Source: Heteronotia binoei (Eukaryota). Taken from it: a stretch of DNA of 64,000 bases. Below, piece by piece: positions 25,131-37,452 of this stretch. A model generated the notes under the pieces. It saw only the letters and a program-made list of their open reading frames with translations, ran no database searches and was not told the DNA's origin. Where the stretch lies: the NCBI RefSeq assembly GCF_032191835.1, contig NC_083224.1, forward strand, positions 89,900,001-89,964,000, read 5' to 3'. The translations under genes and the position numbers were made by a program. The stretch's first letter is position 1. Each line of letters opens with the position of its first letter.

Positions 25131-25273
25131 TGTCAACTAGTTCACATTATGAGTAATGTTTTTGCATAAGTACCAATAAAGCAGCAAGTGTTTTATTTGT
25201 TAGTCACAGAAATGGTGACAATGTATGTGTGTTCTGTATCATCTGTTATAAATGATATCTTTTGATCTTACAG

Positions 25274-25356
25274 CCGCAGTGATTGGAACCAGACTCCATG
25301 CAGCAGTGGCAATATCCTGCATTGTCATGGCTTTTTATGTTCTCTTCATAAAATGA
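25274..25356 (+). CDS. TMEM167B: TMEM167B exon 3 (last)
   Basis: [A][26 protein letters not shown]; spliced product is 74 aa, as in human. Confidence 0.97.
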
Positions 25357-26640
25357 CTGCCAGCGCCTCAGATGGACACTGTTGGAAGAAAAATGCTATA
25401 AAAGGCATACATCATTTTCTTCAGAGGACAAAAATCTCTTAGGGAAACTGACCGAGCACTCTACACAGATGTCAAGAGGAAATTCCCCAATGACCAAGCT
25501 TTGTTTGAGACCAAGAGAGTGGTCTTTGTAACAGCAACTATCTTCTGTATTTCTTGTAGTGCTCAAAATATTATCAAAGATTGTTTCAATGCAGATTATT
25601 AAAATCAAAACTATGGTCTGCATAAGGAAAACGTCACATTTGTGTTGCTAATCAAACTAAATAAGGAAATTGTTTGTGTCGAATAGAAACCGGATAAAGT
25701 GTTTCCAGATTTTGGCAAAGTGTAGAAGGGGAAAGGGTTAATGTTTCTGGTGTGTTAAAGGGAATTTCAATCCCAACAATATATGAACAGCAAAGGAAGA
25801 TGTAGAATTACTTTTAACAGCTCTTTGATTAATGCACTTTTGAGACTTCAGGCTAAAACTGTCCTAAAAACTAGTGGCTGGATGTGGTATATGAGCTAGT
25901 GGCAGCATGAAAGTTCTTTGCACATTTTAGAGAAGGGCAAATGTGATGTTTCCCATGACAAAAATGAGATCTGAAACACAAGAAAATAAAAATGCGGTTA
26001 GGTGATATGTTCCCATGCCCTTTGAAAAAACTGTCATAACCTATTACAAATGGTTAAGAAGAAAAGCAGCACATTCTGCTAAGCTAAGTAAGAATTGCTG
26101 AGTCAAACGTAGCCAGAGTTGTTGGATGCTTACATGTTGGAAAAAACAATGGGGACATGTGCTGTTACATAAGTTAATAGATGTTAAAATGTTTTAAGTC
26201 ACATTTAAAGATCATAACTTGTATATTTTGGGCAGTGTACACATTTTAAAGATAAATGCTCATGTTTGCTTTCTGTATCACTTTTAATAGTTTCCTTCCC
26301 TCCCCCCCAAACCTTCATGTCTTCTGTTTCCCTGAATTTTAATTGTAGGAACTAATCTCCTGCAGTGGAAGCTGTATGTTTAACTTGTACACTTGCAATA
26401 TTGAAAATGCTTGAAAGATGCAAGTTTACAAACTATTCCAGAATTGAGGCATAATTTATTTTCTTTTAATCCATTGTATTTACAACATCAGTTAGATCTG
26501 AAAGGACTGTCAATTTCCTGTTTTCAATTTTGTATCTTTTATCATAGACAAGAACTGTCATCAATTACATGTCTATAAATCAGAAACAAATATACTGGAG
26601 CCCTGACCTGGCTTCTGGGTACTCCAGCTATATATATTTG

Positions 26641-26646
26641 AATAAA
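26641..26646 (+). terminator. TMEM167B: Likely TMEM167B poly(A) signal
   Basis: AATAAA followed by a T-rich tract, ~1.3 kb after the stop codon. Confidence 0.5.
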
Positions 26647-27167
26647 TCTGCTTTATTTTTGTTCCCTATGCCCCATATTTAGTAAATTACAGGGCCCTTC
26701 CAGTTATCATGTGTGTGGTTCTTGCTGAGAGCTTAGAGGTAGAAAATCAGTGTAACACAGAATAGAGGCAAACTCAGTCTAATACAGAAGTGTGCAGGAA
26801 ATTGCTAAGTGTGGTTCTGAGAGAACATTAAACTCCTGTTGCAGAAGGTATCTGAATTAAGTGTTCTGCTTTTTATTTCAATGTAGGTTTCAATATAATT
26901 CTCAGCATAGCCCCACCTGTGGATATTTAAAGACAGATCTTGCTATAAATCTAGAAAAAGGCCCAGATTTACAGAAAAATCTGAAATTGAAACAAAACTA
27001 TACCAGTGCCTATAGCATTAAGAAAGGAATGGCTTAAGTGGCCATTGCTAGATAACTACAACAGTACTTCTAGCCTCCAAAGCTTGGTTTCTGTCAGTAA
27101 AGGTGGAGGAAGGATGGTCCTATCCAGGGTTTGTTGGCCCTTGTTTATCAGTTATGGTTTCATATTA

Positions 27168-27310
27168 GGATCTGGGAGACCCAGGTTTGAATTCTGAGTG
27201 CCATGGAAGCTTGCAGGGTAACTTTCAGATAGTCGCACATTCTCTGCCTTACCTATCTCACAAGGTTGTTGTGAGGAGAAGAGAATGATGTAAGCTGTTT
27301 TGATCTCAAT
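27168..27310 (+). mobile_element. Old tRNA/Ther1-type SINE fragment
   Basis: CTGGGAGACCCAGGTTTGAATTC head and CTACCTCACAAGGTTGTTGTGAGG core. Confidence 0.6.
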
Positions 27311-28454
27311 TGTGGAGAAAGCTGAAGAAGTAAATATAGCTGAAGATGGGTGAGAGATAAAATGTAGGATGGTAGATGAGAAAAGCAGAATGAAGCAGAA
27401 AAACCTGATGATATGGGGCCCTAATGTGCAACTGGGCCTAGCCTGAACAGAACTGCGCCCTGCCCAACAACTGGCACCACGCAACTCAGCCAAAGCTTTC
27501 CTTGGGGACATGCAGCCAAGGGAGGGAAGGGAAAGAAGAAATAATGGAGTGAAAAATTAGATCCTCCCGCAACTCTTAATACTTATTTCCATGCAATACA
27601 GAAGATATGTGTCTATAACAACCTTCCACATTACTACTGAAAGCATTTCTGCTCCAGCTTAGACAGCTGTACTACAAAGACAACAGCATTTTCTTATAGT
27701 GCTGGTAAATTTTCTGATTTGTTTATCAAAACAGAGTTGGCTTCAGTCATTGGAATTAAAAATTGGACTTTCTATCCTCACATGGATGACAGCTCAAATG
27801 ATCTGATTGGCTACTTGTAGTATCTCCACAGTTGCAGTTCAATTAGTACAGAGCATAGGAAGACCATTTCTAATATAACGTTCTGCCTTCCTTCACTTTT
27901 CTGTAGTGCTTTATTTCTCTTGAAATGCTTGGGATTCAAAGGAAACAGTTTATTTAATAATCCGGGGGGAGGGGGAATCAAGACTCAAAGTAAAGGGATT
28001 AGAGAGTATCAAGAAAACAAATTGTTTAAGTAGAAGGGCATATGTCTCAATTTACTGTCCATGGCAAAATAAATGAAAACATTTCTTGCAGCTTGCTTAT
28101 TGTATTTGATGTATGTTTGTAAATTATTGGGATTCATAGCAGCTATAAACTATAACCCATTTGCTTTCACAGTCTTCTGAAATACTATTGTATACAGTAA
28201 TTTTTAATGGTCAATAGCACAGTTTATTTCATTTACTTCATTTATACTTCAACTTTCTCCCCAATCAAGACCCAAATCAATTTAGTTTAATATCACAGAA
28301 GTGATAAATTTATCTTCGAATTAAAGTTCTAAAGTCTTCCAATCCTGGGCAGTCAGCCTCTGTAATGGAACAACAAAGCTAAACCATGATATTGTTTGCC
28401 TGCCCAGCTCTCCAGGTATATCCAATCCAATCAGGACCCTTGTAACAATGAACC

Positions 28455-28562
28455 TGTTGCATCTGAAGAAGGGGCTTCTATTCAACAAAACTTTGTGCTG
28501 GAATAAAATGATCTTAGTGATTAAAGTGCTACTATACTTGCTTTTTTGTTGCAGCAGACTAA
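28455..28562 (+). mobile_element. Decayed Penelope-like terminal fragment
   Basis: CATCTGAAGAAG...TTAGTGATTAAAGTGCTACT...CAGACTAA resembles PLE terminal repeats; hammerhead GAAA core is lost. Confidence 0.4.
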
Positions 28563-28866
28563 ATCGCCCATCTGGAAGTTATTGCTGTTGAACAACACTA
28601 GGAGCCCTGGGCTGTGACCATATAACTTTTTTTTTTATGAGAGGAAATACTTTTGAAACAGATGGAGTGAGCACACATGCACACAAAATTAACACCCTTA
28701 AATATAGCCATACAAAAGAACAAAAATATGGAAAAATAAATAATGGAAGAAGCTGCTGAGAACTAATTCAGGCAGCTGTTTTAGGTGATAATGTATTTGA
28801 TGCCTGTGTAGATCACATAATTTCAAACAAAATTCTGTTAAAACTGAAAAACCATGACATGCAGTA

Positions 28867-29147
28867 GAAGATGAAGAAGATATTGGATTTATATCCTGCC
28901 CTCTACTCGGAAGAGTCTCAAAGTGGCTCACAATCTCCTTTACCTTCCTCCCCCACAACAGACACCCTGTGAGGTGGGTGGGGCTGGAGAGGGCTCTCAC
29001 AGGAGCTGCCCTTTCAAGGACAACCTCTGCCAGAGCTATGGCGGACCCAAGGTCATGCTAGCAGGTGCAAGTGGAGGAGTGGGGAATCAAACGTGGTTCT
29101 CCCAGATAATAGTCTGCACACTTAACCACTACACCAGACTGGCACTC
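28867..29147 (-). mobile_element. tRNA-derived SINE with L2 tail (Squam3-like), full length
   Basis: Reverse complement of the 42522-42805 family with a (CTT)n tail. Confidence 0.85.
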
Positions 29148-29550
29148 CCCAGTGGTATGACCTCTTTCTTTTGAGCTTCCATCTATGCTCTGGCAAAAGG
29201 CATTGGGCAAGAGGAGTTGGACTCTGACTAGATATTTGAGCAGGTGAAGAAAATAAATTATTAACAAGAACAAGTTGATAGAATTTAAGAATCCAAGGAA
29301 AAGATCAGACTCACAGTAAACGCATTAGAGGTAGAAAAATCAGAATCAAGAAAACAATTTCCTTAAGAGGGACATATGTCTCAATTCACTGTCCATGGCA
29401 AAATAAGTGAAAACATATGAAAGACTTATTTGTACTATGCAGATCTGACATTACCACTTTATGGTATGGTGAAATAGTTCGAACCCAATTTTGGTTTTTT
29501 AGGTTAAGTTGCAGTCGTTGAGCTAATTAATCTGCAGAGTCATAGTAGAG

Positions 29551-29790
29551 CAGGGGGTCTCCAACCTTTTTGAGCCTTTGGGCACATTTGGAATTCTGAC
29601 ACATTATGGTGAGCGCAATTACAAAACCGCTGCCACAAAATGCTTGCTGAAGGAGGTGGAGCCAGCACAAAACAGCTGCAGCAGCTTACCATTAGTCACA
29701 GTGCAGATCCTTGTGCTATGGTGGCAGCTGCTGCCAAAGCAACATTTTAAAAAATCTGCACAGCTGATCAAATCACCCTGTAGAAAAGGG
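29551..29790. mobile_element. hAT-type MITE fragment
   Basis: CAGGGGGTCTCCAACCTTTTTGAGCC start; related to ~44793-45124 and ~48100-48510. Confidence 0.6.
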
Positions 29791-30329
29791 TATGCAGATC
29801 ATACGAAAAATTGAGCAGATGTAATGCTATCCAATATAGTCACATATTTAGTACAGCTGATTACTGAACAAACTTGGTAACTCTAATCACCACCTTCACC
29901 ATCACTCCGTAGTTCAGTTAATGAATGGTTTCCAACAGCCCTGGGTGGTGGTAGTCCAGTTTGTTAAATTCATTATGCAAGCTGGCCTGGCAGGAAGAGA
30001 GGGGCGGAGAAATTGTGTGAACCCTATAGCGCTGTCCAAAGCTGCCTACTAAAAACACATTACGTCGGAAACACTGTTTGCTGTTAAATAAAACTTAAAA
30101 TGCTGCCCTGAAAATATGCCTTTGGTCACTTTCTTCTGTTGGCAAAGACACAGGCGCATAAATGGAACTGTAATGCCACCTCTAGCGCGTTATGATAACA
30201 GCGCCTTTCTCCTGCACCTAGTCTCAGAGAGCAGACGTTGCGGAAAAGCCTTAGCCACGCCGAGCTACGAGAACAGAGTAGGCTGCACTGAGCGAGATGG
30301 ATCAATCATCTAACTCCGCCTGGCACGAC

Positions 30330-30476
30330 TTCACGTGACGTCTGCTCTCCGTCTTTCCCTTCGGCTTGGATTTTAAAGCGCCTCCACTAAACCGGAAGCT
30401 GCAGCGTGTCTGTCTACTTCTAGGAAGGCGAGGCCATGCGCGTTATAGTTCCCGCCATGCAATGCGTTGAGGCGTG
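30330..30476 (+). promoter_or_regulatory. SCARNA2: SCARNA2 independent Pol II promoter
   Basis: TCACGTGACGTC (E-box/CRE), CCGGAAG (ETS), GCCATGCGCG (NRF1-like), TTATAG (TATA-like, ~30443) and CCGCCATG (YY1-like) in a CpG-rich block. Confidence 0.7.
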
Positions 30477-30855
30477 GCTTTTAGCTCAGCGTTTAGCAGC
30501 CGGGGAGAGAGAATGGAGGTGGTTTGCATGGCGCGGGGTGTGAGTTTCGTGCGTTGTCTGCGTGTTTGGGGAGCTTCATGAAGTGTGCACGGGTGAGTGA
30601 GAGCGTGGCGTGAATGTCCTTGAGCTTGCGACGCTTTTTCTTACACATTGATCTTATTTGATCGGGCCGGGAGGTTGCCGTCTCCTCTGGTCTGAAATGA
30701 GAAGACGCCTTTCCTGTGAAGCCTTCGGGCGCTGTACAGCGAAACGGGTTGCAGGCGGCGCTTAGCCGGAGATGATGAATTGATCAGATAGATGAGGCCG
30801 AATGGAGGGGATACTCTCCTTACTGGCCAGTGTGTACTGAGGCGATTCTGATCCG
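30477..30855 (+). ncRNA. SCARNA2: scaRNA2 (mgU2-25/61) C/D-box small Cajal body RNA; 5' end approximate
   Basis: GU-rich 5' domain; TTGATCTTA guide + D' TTGA (30658) targets U2 G25; C box ATGATGA (30772-30778); ATCAGATA guide + ATGA (30792) targets U2 C61; terminal CTGA (30848-30851); same position as human, between TMEM167B and CFAP276. Confidence 0.95.
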
Positions 30856-31290
30856 GTTTTAGCGCTGCCGTTCCCGTTCTCCTGATACCTGCTGCGTACG
30901 ATTTGTTAGAAATGGTAGTTCCTTCCTCCCCACACGGCTCCAGTGTCTTTCTGCTGGTGAGCAGATTTACTTTTTTACTGGAAGAAAGTCTGGTTTGCTG
31001 CCACTGCAGCAAGGACGTTGAAAAAAAGCCTGGGGCTTCCAGGCCCTTTTGGCCTGGGCGTGACATAGCTGGCAAGGAGCAGGACAACTCATCGCTTCGT
31101 TCTGCCGGCCACTGCACGGTAGGGACCAGCAGGGAACATTAGAAGGAGTATGATGGCTGTTTCTGGGGCTATTTTGGGCCACCCAGTCTAGCCTGTAGAA
31201 ATTGGCTTACTGGTGTACCGGCAGAGCTATAGTTCCATCTTATGAAAGCCTTCATAACATGCTAATGGGTCAGGGTAAAAGTAGGATTTA

Positions 31291-33096
31291 CACAGATCTT
31301 CATGAATTCATATGATTTTTACATTGAAATGAAATCAAACCAGTATTCTGTAGATCCTGTCTTAGACTATAGGCAGGACTACAAAAATCATACCTCCATG
31401 AATTCATGGCGCCTCAGCAGTGCAAAAACAGGGTTCCAAAGCACGGATCCTAATGAATTCATATGATTTTTATGGTGAAATGAAATCAAACCAACATCAT
31501 GTTGTAGATCCTCTCTTAGACTATAGGCAGCACCAGAAAAATCATGCCTCCACGAATTTGTGGTGCCACAGCACTGAAAAAACATGTTTCCAAACCATGG
31601 ATCCTCATGATTTTTGCTTTGGGCCAACCCAAGATCACCAGCCAATGACATGTCCATGGGCAGATTTTGCACCACATAAATCATGGATCCACAGCTTTGT
31701 GGCAGCACCAGGGACCAAAAACTTGGTTTTGGACCACGGATCCTCATGGATCCACATATTTTTTGCTTTGGATCCCCCTAAGCCCTCCATCCAGTCACAT
31801 ATCATGTCCATGGGCTGAGTTTGCACCACAGAAATCATGGATCCACGGCTTCGTGGCAGCACCAGAAACCAAAAACTTGGTTTTGAACCACAGATCCTCA
31901 TGAATCCACGTGATTTCTGCTTCAGATCCCCCCAAGCCCTCCATCCAGTCACATATCTTGTCCATGGGCAGAGTTTGCACCCCACAAATCATGGATCCAT
32001 GGCTTTGTGGCAGCGCCAGAAACAAAAAACTTGGCTTTGGACCACGGATCCTCATGGATCCACATGATTTTTGCTTTGGATCCCCCCAAGCCCTCCATCC
32101 AGTCACATATCATGTCCATGGACAGAGTATGCACCCCACAAATCATGGATCCACGGCTTCATGGCAGTGCCAGGGACCAAAAACTTGGTTTTGGACCATG
32201 GATCCCCATGATTTCTGCTTCGGATCCCCCGAAGCTCATCATCCTGTCATATATCATGTCCATGGGCAGAGTTTGCACCTCAGAAATCGTGGATCCACAG
32301 GTTCGTGACAGCGCCAGGGACCAAAAACCTGGTTTTGAACCACGGATCCTCTTGGATCCACATGATTTCTGCTTTGGATTCCCCCAAGATCACCATCCGA
32401 TCACATATCATGTCCATGGACAGAGTTTGCACCACAGAAATCGTGGACCCACAGCTTTGTGGCAGCACCAGGGACCAAAAACCTGGTTTCAGACCACGTA
32501 TCCTCATGGATCCTCGTGATTTTTGCTTCGGATCCCTCGAAGCTCATCATCCAGTCACATATCATGTCCATGGACAGAGTTTGCACCCCAGAAATCATGG
32601 ATCCACGGCTTCGTGGCAGTGCCAGGGATCAAAAACCTGGTTTCAGACCATGGATCTTAATCGATCTTTCTGTTCTTGCTTCTCCCTCTGGAGTCATATA
32701 TTATGTCAATGGCCACAACTTAAATCCTAAAACCATGGATCCACAGTTTTTTGTGACACCTTGGAGCAAAAACTGGTCCCACACCATGGATCCTAACAGA
32801 TTTTTCTGTTCTTGTTTCATATCCCAAGCTCCCCCTCAAGTAATATGTCAGTGGCCACAACTTATATCCTATTGCCATGGATCCACAGTTTTGTGGTGAC
32901 ACCATGGAGATAAATATGGTCCTGCACCATGGAACCACATGGATCCCCATGGTTTTTGCTTGGGGTCACCCGAACATCAACATCAAACCACGTATCATGT
33001 CCATGGGTCTGCACCACAGAAGTTGTGGGTCCATGGTTTCGTGGGAACCCCATGGAGCAAGAACAGAGTTCCAGACCATCGATCCTCATGGATCCT
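31291..33096 (+). repeat. Left arm: ~12 tandem copies of a ~154-bp unit
   Basis: Anchor GGACCACGGATCC-like motif at 31731, 31885, 32039, 32193, 32337, 32491, 32645 (spacing 154, once 144); two variant outer units; decays inward. Confidence 0.95.
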
Positions 33097-33364
33097 CAGA
33101 ATGTCAAAGAATGAATTTTCGAAACTTTGTGTGTGAGCTCCACAAACTCAACATCTACTCGCTTATCACATCACTGGCCACTGTTTATGGCACGGAAATT
33201 TACTCAGTCATTTCCACACCACCATGTTACGAATTTGGATATCTAAAGTACAGATCTCTCATAGATTCATACTTATGATTGGACCCTCTGAAATGCAACA
33301 TCAAATCACATTTCACAGCAGGGTCCACAAACTATGGCACAAAAAACACCGTTTTGTGACACCC

Positions 33365-33638
33365 AACTTTATTGGACCCCCTAGTCTAATCCTTTTGAAA
33401 CTTGGTGGGTATTTTGGGGAGAGGCACTGGATGTCTCTACCCCAAAACACAGCCCCCGCAGAGCCCCAAACAGCCGTGGATGAATTTTCCATTTTACCCT
33501 ATGGGAATCGGTCTCCTTAGGGAATAATGGAGTGTCTAGCAGACACTACCCCCCCCCTGCTTTCTGATGACCCTGAAGTGGGGGAAGGACCTCCAAACAG
33601 GGGGATCCTCTGCCCCTACCTCAGGATTGGCTACCCTA
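33365..33638. mobile_element. End of a hAT (Blackjack-like) non-autonomous element
   Basis: Shares the module seen at ~1060 and ends TTGGCTACCCTA. Confidence 0.55.
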
Positions 33639-34346
33639 CTTTCCAGGTTAAAGGGTAGGCCAGCGTAGAATGGATTACAGTAATCTAGCCTGGAAGTGAC
33701 CACTGAATGGATTACCGTGGCTAGGTCTGAACGAGGCAGGAGGCGAACTAGTTGCCTGACTTGGCGTAGGTGGAAAAATGCAATTTTAGCAATATGTGTG
33801 ACCTGGGCCTCCACTGGAAGAGAGGCATCCAAGGTCACTCCCAAGCTCTTGACTGTTGGTGCCGGTGTTGAGGGTGCCCCATCAAGAGCAGGAAACCTAC
33901 ACTCCAGCTCCAACCCCGGTCCCCCCAGCCACAGAACCTCTATCTTTGAGTGGTTCAGTTTCAACCTACTCTGCTTCAGTGAGCCCACCATGGCCTCCAA
34001 ACCCACAGCCAAGGATGACAGGATTGAGGCCGATTGGTCACCGAAGAGCAAATACAGCTGAGTGTCATCTGCATAGTGATGACACCCTAGCCCAAAACTC
34101 CATACCAGCTGGGCAAGGGGAGAGGAGTGCCCCTTGAGGAACCCAACAAACCAGGGGGTGTAATGAGGACACATCCTCTCCTTGTGCCACCCTTTGTCCT
34201 CATGCGTGGAGAAAAGAGGAGAGCCACTGTAAGGCCAAGCCACATATTCCCATGTCATCAAGGCGGTGAGTCAACAGATCATAGTCGGCTGTATCAAACG
34301 CTGCTGTGAGATCCAATAATAACAGCAGTGCCAACCCGCCTTGATC

Positions 34347-35348
34347 CAGCTGCAAGCCATGGCTGACTGGCTCAGGCTGAGCGGGCTGAAGTTGAATCCA
34401 GCGAAGACTGAGGTCCTTTGCGTGGGCCGCGGCGGACTGGGAGGGGAGATTACGCTGCCGGCTTTTGACGGTGCGCCACTGATACCAGTGCGCAGAGTCA
34501 AGAGCCTGGGAGTGCTACTGGAATCCTCCTTGTCAATGGAAGCCCAGATAGCTGCCACTGCTAGATCCGCCTTCTTTCACCTCAAGAGGGCGAGGCAGTT
34601 GGCTCCCTTCTTGGAGCGCAGCGACCTAGCAACTGTGATCCACGCAACGGTCACCTCGAGACTAGACTACTGCAATGCCCTCTACATGGGGCTGCCCTTA
34701 TACCGAACGCGGAAACTTCAGGTAGTCCAGAACGCGGCGGCCAGGCTGCTATTGGGACTACCACGGTGGGAACATGTGCGGCCTGGGCTGCGGGATCTGC
34801 ATTGGCTGCCGGTTGTGTACCGTGTTCGCTATAAAGTGCTGGTCATTACCTTTAAAGCCCTATATGGCCGAGGACCCGCCTACCTAAGGGACCGCCTCTC
34901 CCCATATGTTCCCCAGAGAGCACTGAGATCTAGCTCGCAAAATCTCCTAATAATCCCTGGGCCAAGAGAGGCTCGATTGAAGGCAACCAGGGAGCAAGCC
35001 TTCTCCGCAATGGCCCCTCGATGGTGGAATCATCTACCAGAGATGGTGCGAGCCCTGCGGGACTTGAATCAATTCCGCAGGGCTTGTAAAACATTTCTTT
35101 TCCAGCTGGCTTTCGAAACAGAACCTGGCTAAACTGATGAGATTGATGTGTAGCCATCCAGCCATCTTGTGGATATTACGACCCATAGTAATGTAGCACC
35201 TTTTATCTATTTTAACTAATTTATTTACTATGTTATTGATTATTTAAAATTGTTGTTGTATTGTATTGTTTTATTGAACCATGGAATTCCATGCTTGTGA
35301 GCCGCCCTGAGCCCGCCTTTGGCGGGGGAGGGCGGGATATAAGAATAA

Positions 35349-35426
<78 letters not shown>
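34347..35426 (+). mobile_element. Young 5'-truncated L2 nested antisense in the older L2
   Basis: Open 263-aa RT C-terminal frame (34341-35132), 3' stem GCCGCCCTGAGCC...GGGCGG, long (ATT)n tail. Confidence 0.95.
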
Positions 35427-35427
<1 letters not shown>

Positions 35428-36044
35428 GCAACCAGAACCATCTCAGTCCTGTGACCAGGGCGGAAACCCAACTGGAATGGATGTAGCACCGATGTGCCCT
35501 GGAGCTGCTCAGCTACTGCTCTCTCAATTACCTTTCCCAGAAATGATAGATTTGATACTGAGCGGTAACTGGCCAGATCCACAGGATCTAACGATGGCTT
35601 CTTTAAGAGTGGCATAACCACTGCTTCCTTTAGGCCCTCTGGAAACATCCCAGTTTCTAGGGACAGGTTGATAATTTCCTTCATGGCCCTGGATCCTCAT
35701 ATCACCAGCACTAATCAGCCACAAGGGACATGGGTCTAGTAAGCAAGTGGTAGGTCTAACAGCTCCCAGGACCCTGTCAGTATCAGCAGAAGAGAGCAAG
35801 TTGAAAGAGTCACATACTGAATCCAAAGACGGCCAAGGGGCCTCCAGTTCATTCACTGTATCAAAATTGGCAGGTAGGTCATTGCGGAGCAACAAGACTT
35901 TATCCATGAAAAAGCTCATGAACGCCTCAGAACTAATAGCCAAATTATTTCCTCTGTTTGAGCCTCTAGTTGTGAGGGATCTTAGTGACCAAATTATTTT
36001 AAACATTTGAGCTTGGTGTGAGTAGGCCTGCCAAGCTCCCATGG

Positions 36045-36410
36045 AGAGCGGGAGATCCCCCAGCCTGGAAGGCCCAACTTGGCCACAGGAAGCAGGTTGC
36101 TGGAGGGATCCCTGCACCCAAAGAGTCCTGTCATCATGTGCTGTCCCTGGCATGATGACATCACTCAGAAGTTATGTCATCATGCCGGAGACATTGTGCT
36201 AGGGACGCTCTAGGAGTTGCAGCAAAAACTATAGTAGCATAGTGTTTTACTGCAAATTCTAGAGTGTTTCCAGTGTGACTCTTTCTGGTTTCTGGCTGTG
36301 ACTCTTTCAACTTGCTCTATGGTACCATAGAGTTTTACCACAACTCCTAGAGCGTCCCCAAAGTAATGCCCCCGGTGCAATTATGTCACTGCCAGCGGCG
36401 GAGTGGATGC
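36045..36410. mobile_element. MITE inserted in the older L2
   Basis: Non-L2 block with internal inverted GGGACGCTCTAGGAGTTG / CAACTCCTAGAGCGTCCC. Confidence 0.55.
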
Positions 36411-37269
36411 GATGGAGGCTGAATAGAACTCCCTCTTCACAGCCTTAACTGCCATCTAATAGGACCTCACCAACATCCTGAGTTGTTCAAGCCGTCTCGT
36501 CACAAGTACGCTGTCAAACTCGCTCTAGTCAGTTCTCCTGTTTCATCCCCTGGATTTCCTCTGTATACCAGGATGATGATTTTGCACAGGAGCACAGAGA
36601 ACATTGGGGTGCAATCTCTTTGATGGCTTCAGTGAGATGGGAATTCCAGTCCCCTACCAGTTCATTTAAGGAGGTGCAGGAGGGCTGTGGATCCTGCAGT
36701 GTTCTGGAACCCAATAGGGTCCATAAGTCTCCGCAGGCAAGCAAAAACCAGCTCGTCACCCAGACAGGGAAGAGCGGAAATGTCCAGCCAGGCCTTCAAA
36801 ACCAAATAGTCCGCCCATGGCACATCTTCCTTTGAGACTAGGTCCACATTCAACCCCATACTAAAGATCACATCCAATGTGTGGCATGCCTGATGTGTGT
36901 AACCCGAGATGATTTTTTTGAGTCCCAGTGCTGCCATGGAAGACATTAGTTCCATAGCCTGAACAGAAGTGGCAGGCTTGTCTGCATGGACATTGAAGTC
37001 TCCCAAGATCAATAGCCGTGGGAACTCCAAGGCCCACCCGGCCACCATCTCCAGCAGGCTCAGAAGGCCATCCGCTGGTGAGCTAGGCAATTGGTACACC
37101 ACACAGATGACCAGAATCACCTCTGACTTCCACACCAGACCAGCACATTCAATTCCAATGATTTTTGGGAAGGGGAGTGGTTGGAAGGAAAAAACCTCAT
37201 GGATGAGCAAAGCCACCTGCCCCCGTGTTCAAGACTGATGCAAGACCGAAAAACCTGGTGGGGCAAGCT

Positions 37270-37452
37270 CTTTCAGGGCGACTGTTCCCCCTTCCTGAAC
37301 CAAGCTGTGAGCTACTGGCATTAAAGTTGTGAGCTACTGCATAAATTAGTATGCTCAGGGGTCATTCTTCCTGAGCTAAGACAAAAATGTGTGAGCTGGA
37401 GGCTAAAAATCTGTGAGCTAGCTCAAACTAACTCAGCTTAAAGGGAACACTG
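37270..37452. mobile_element. MITE fragment
   Basis: Repeated TGTGAGCTA motifs; ends GGGAACACTG. Confidence 0.45.

Larger units (their letters stand above)
33639..37240 (-). mobile_element. Older L2 LINE ORF2 (APE + RT), degraded and interrupted
   Basis: LILGDFNVH (APE), SYRSVSNLSFLGKVIE, GFRPGHRTE, LLLLDLTAAFD, HHYADDTQLY; split by insertions at 34347-35426 and ~36045-36410. Confidence 0.92.

Noticed and set aside
30172-30190. CTCF-like GCCACCTCTAGCGC
   Set aside because: Spacing does not fit the core consensus.
31291-33096. CRISPR-like array
   Set aside because: Contiguous tandem units with no unique spacers, in a vertebrate genome.
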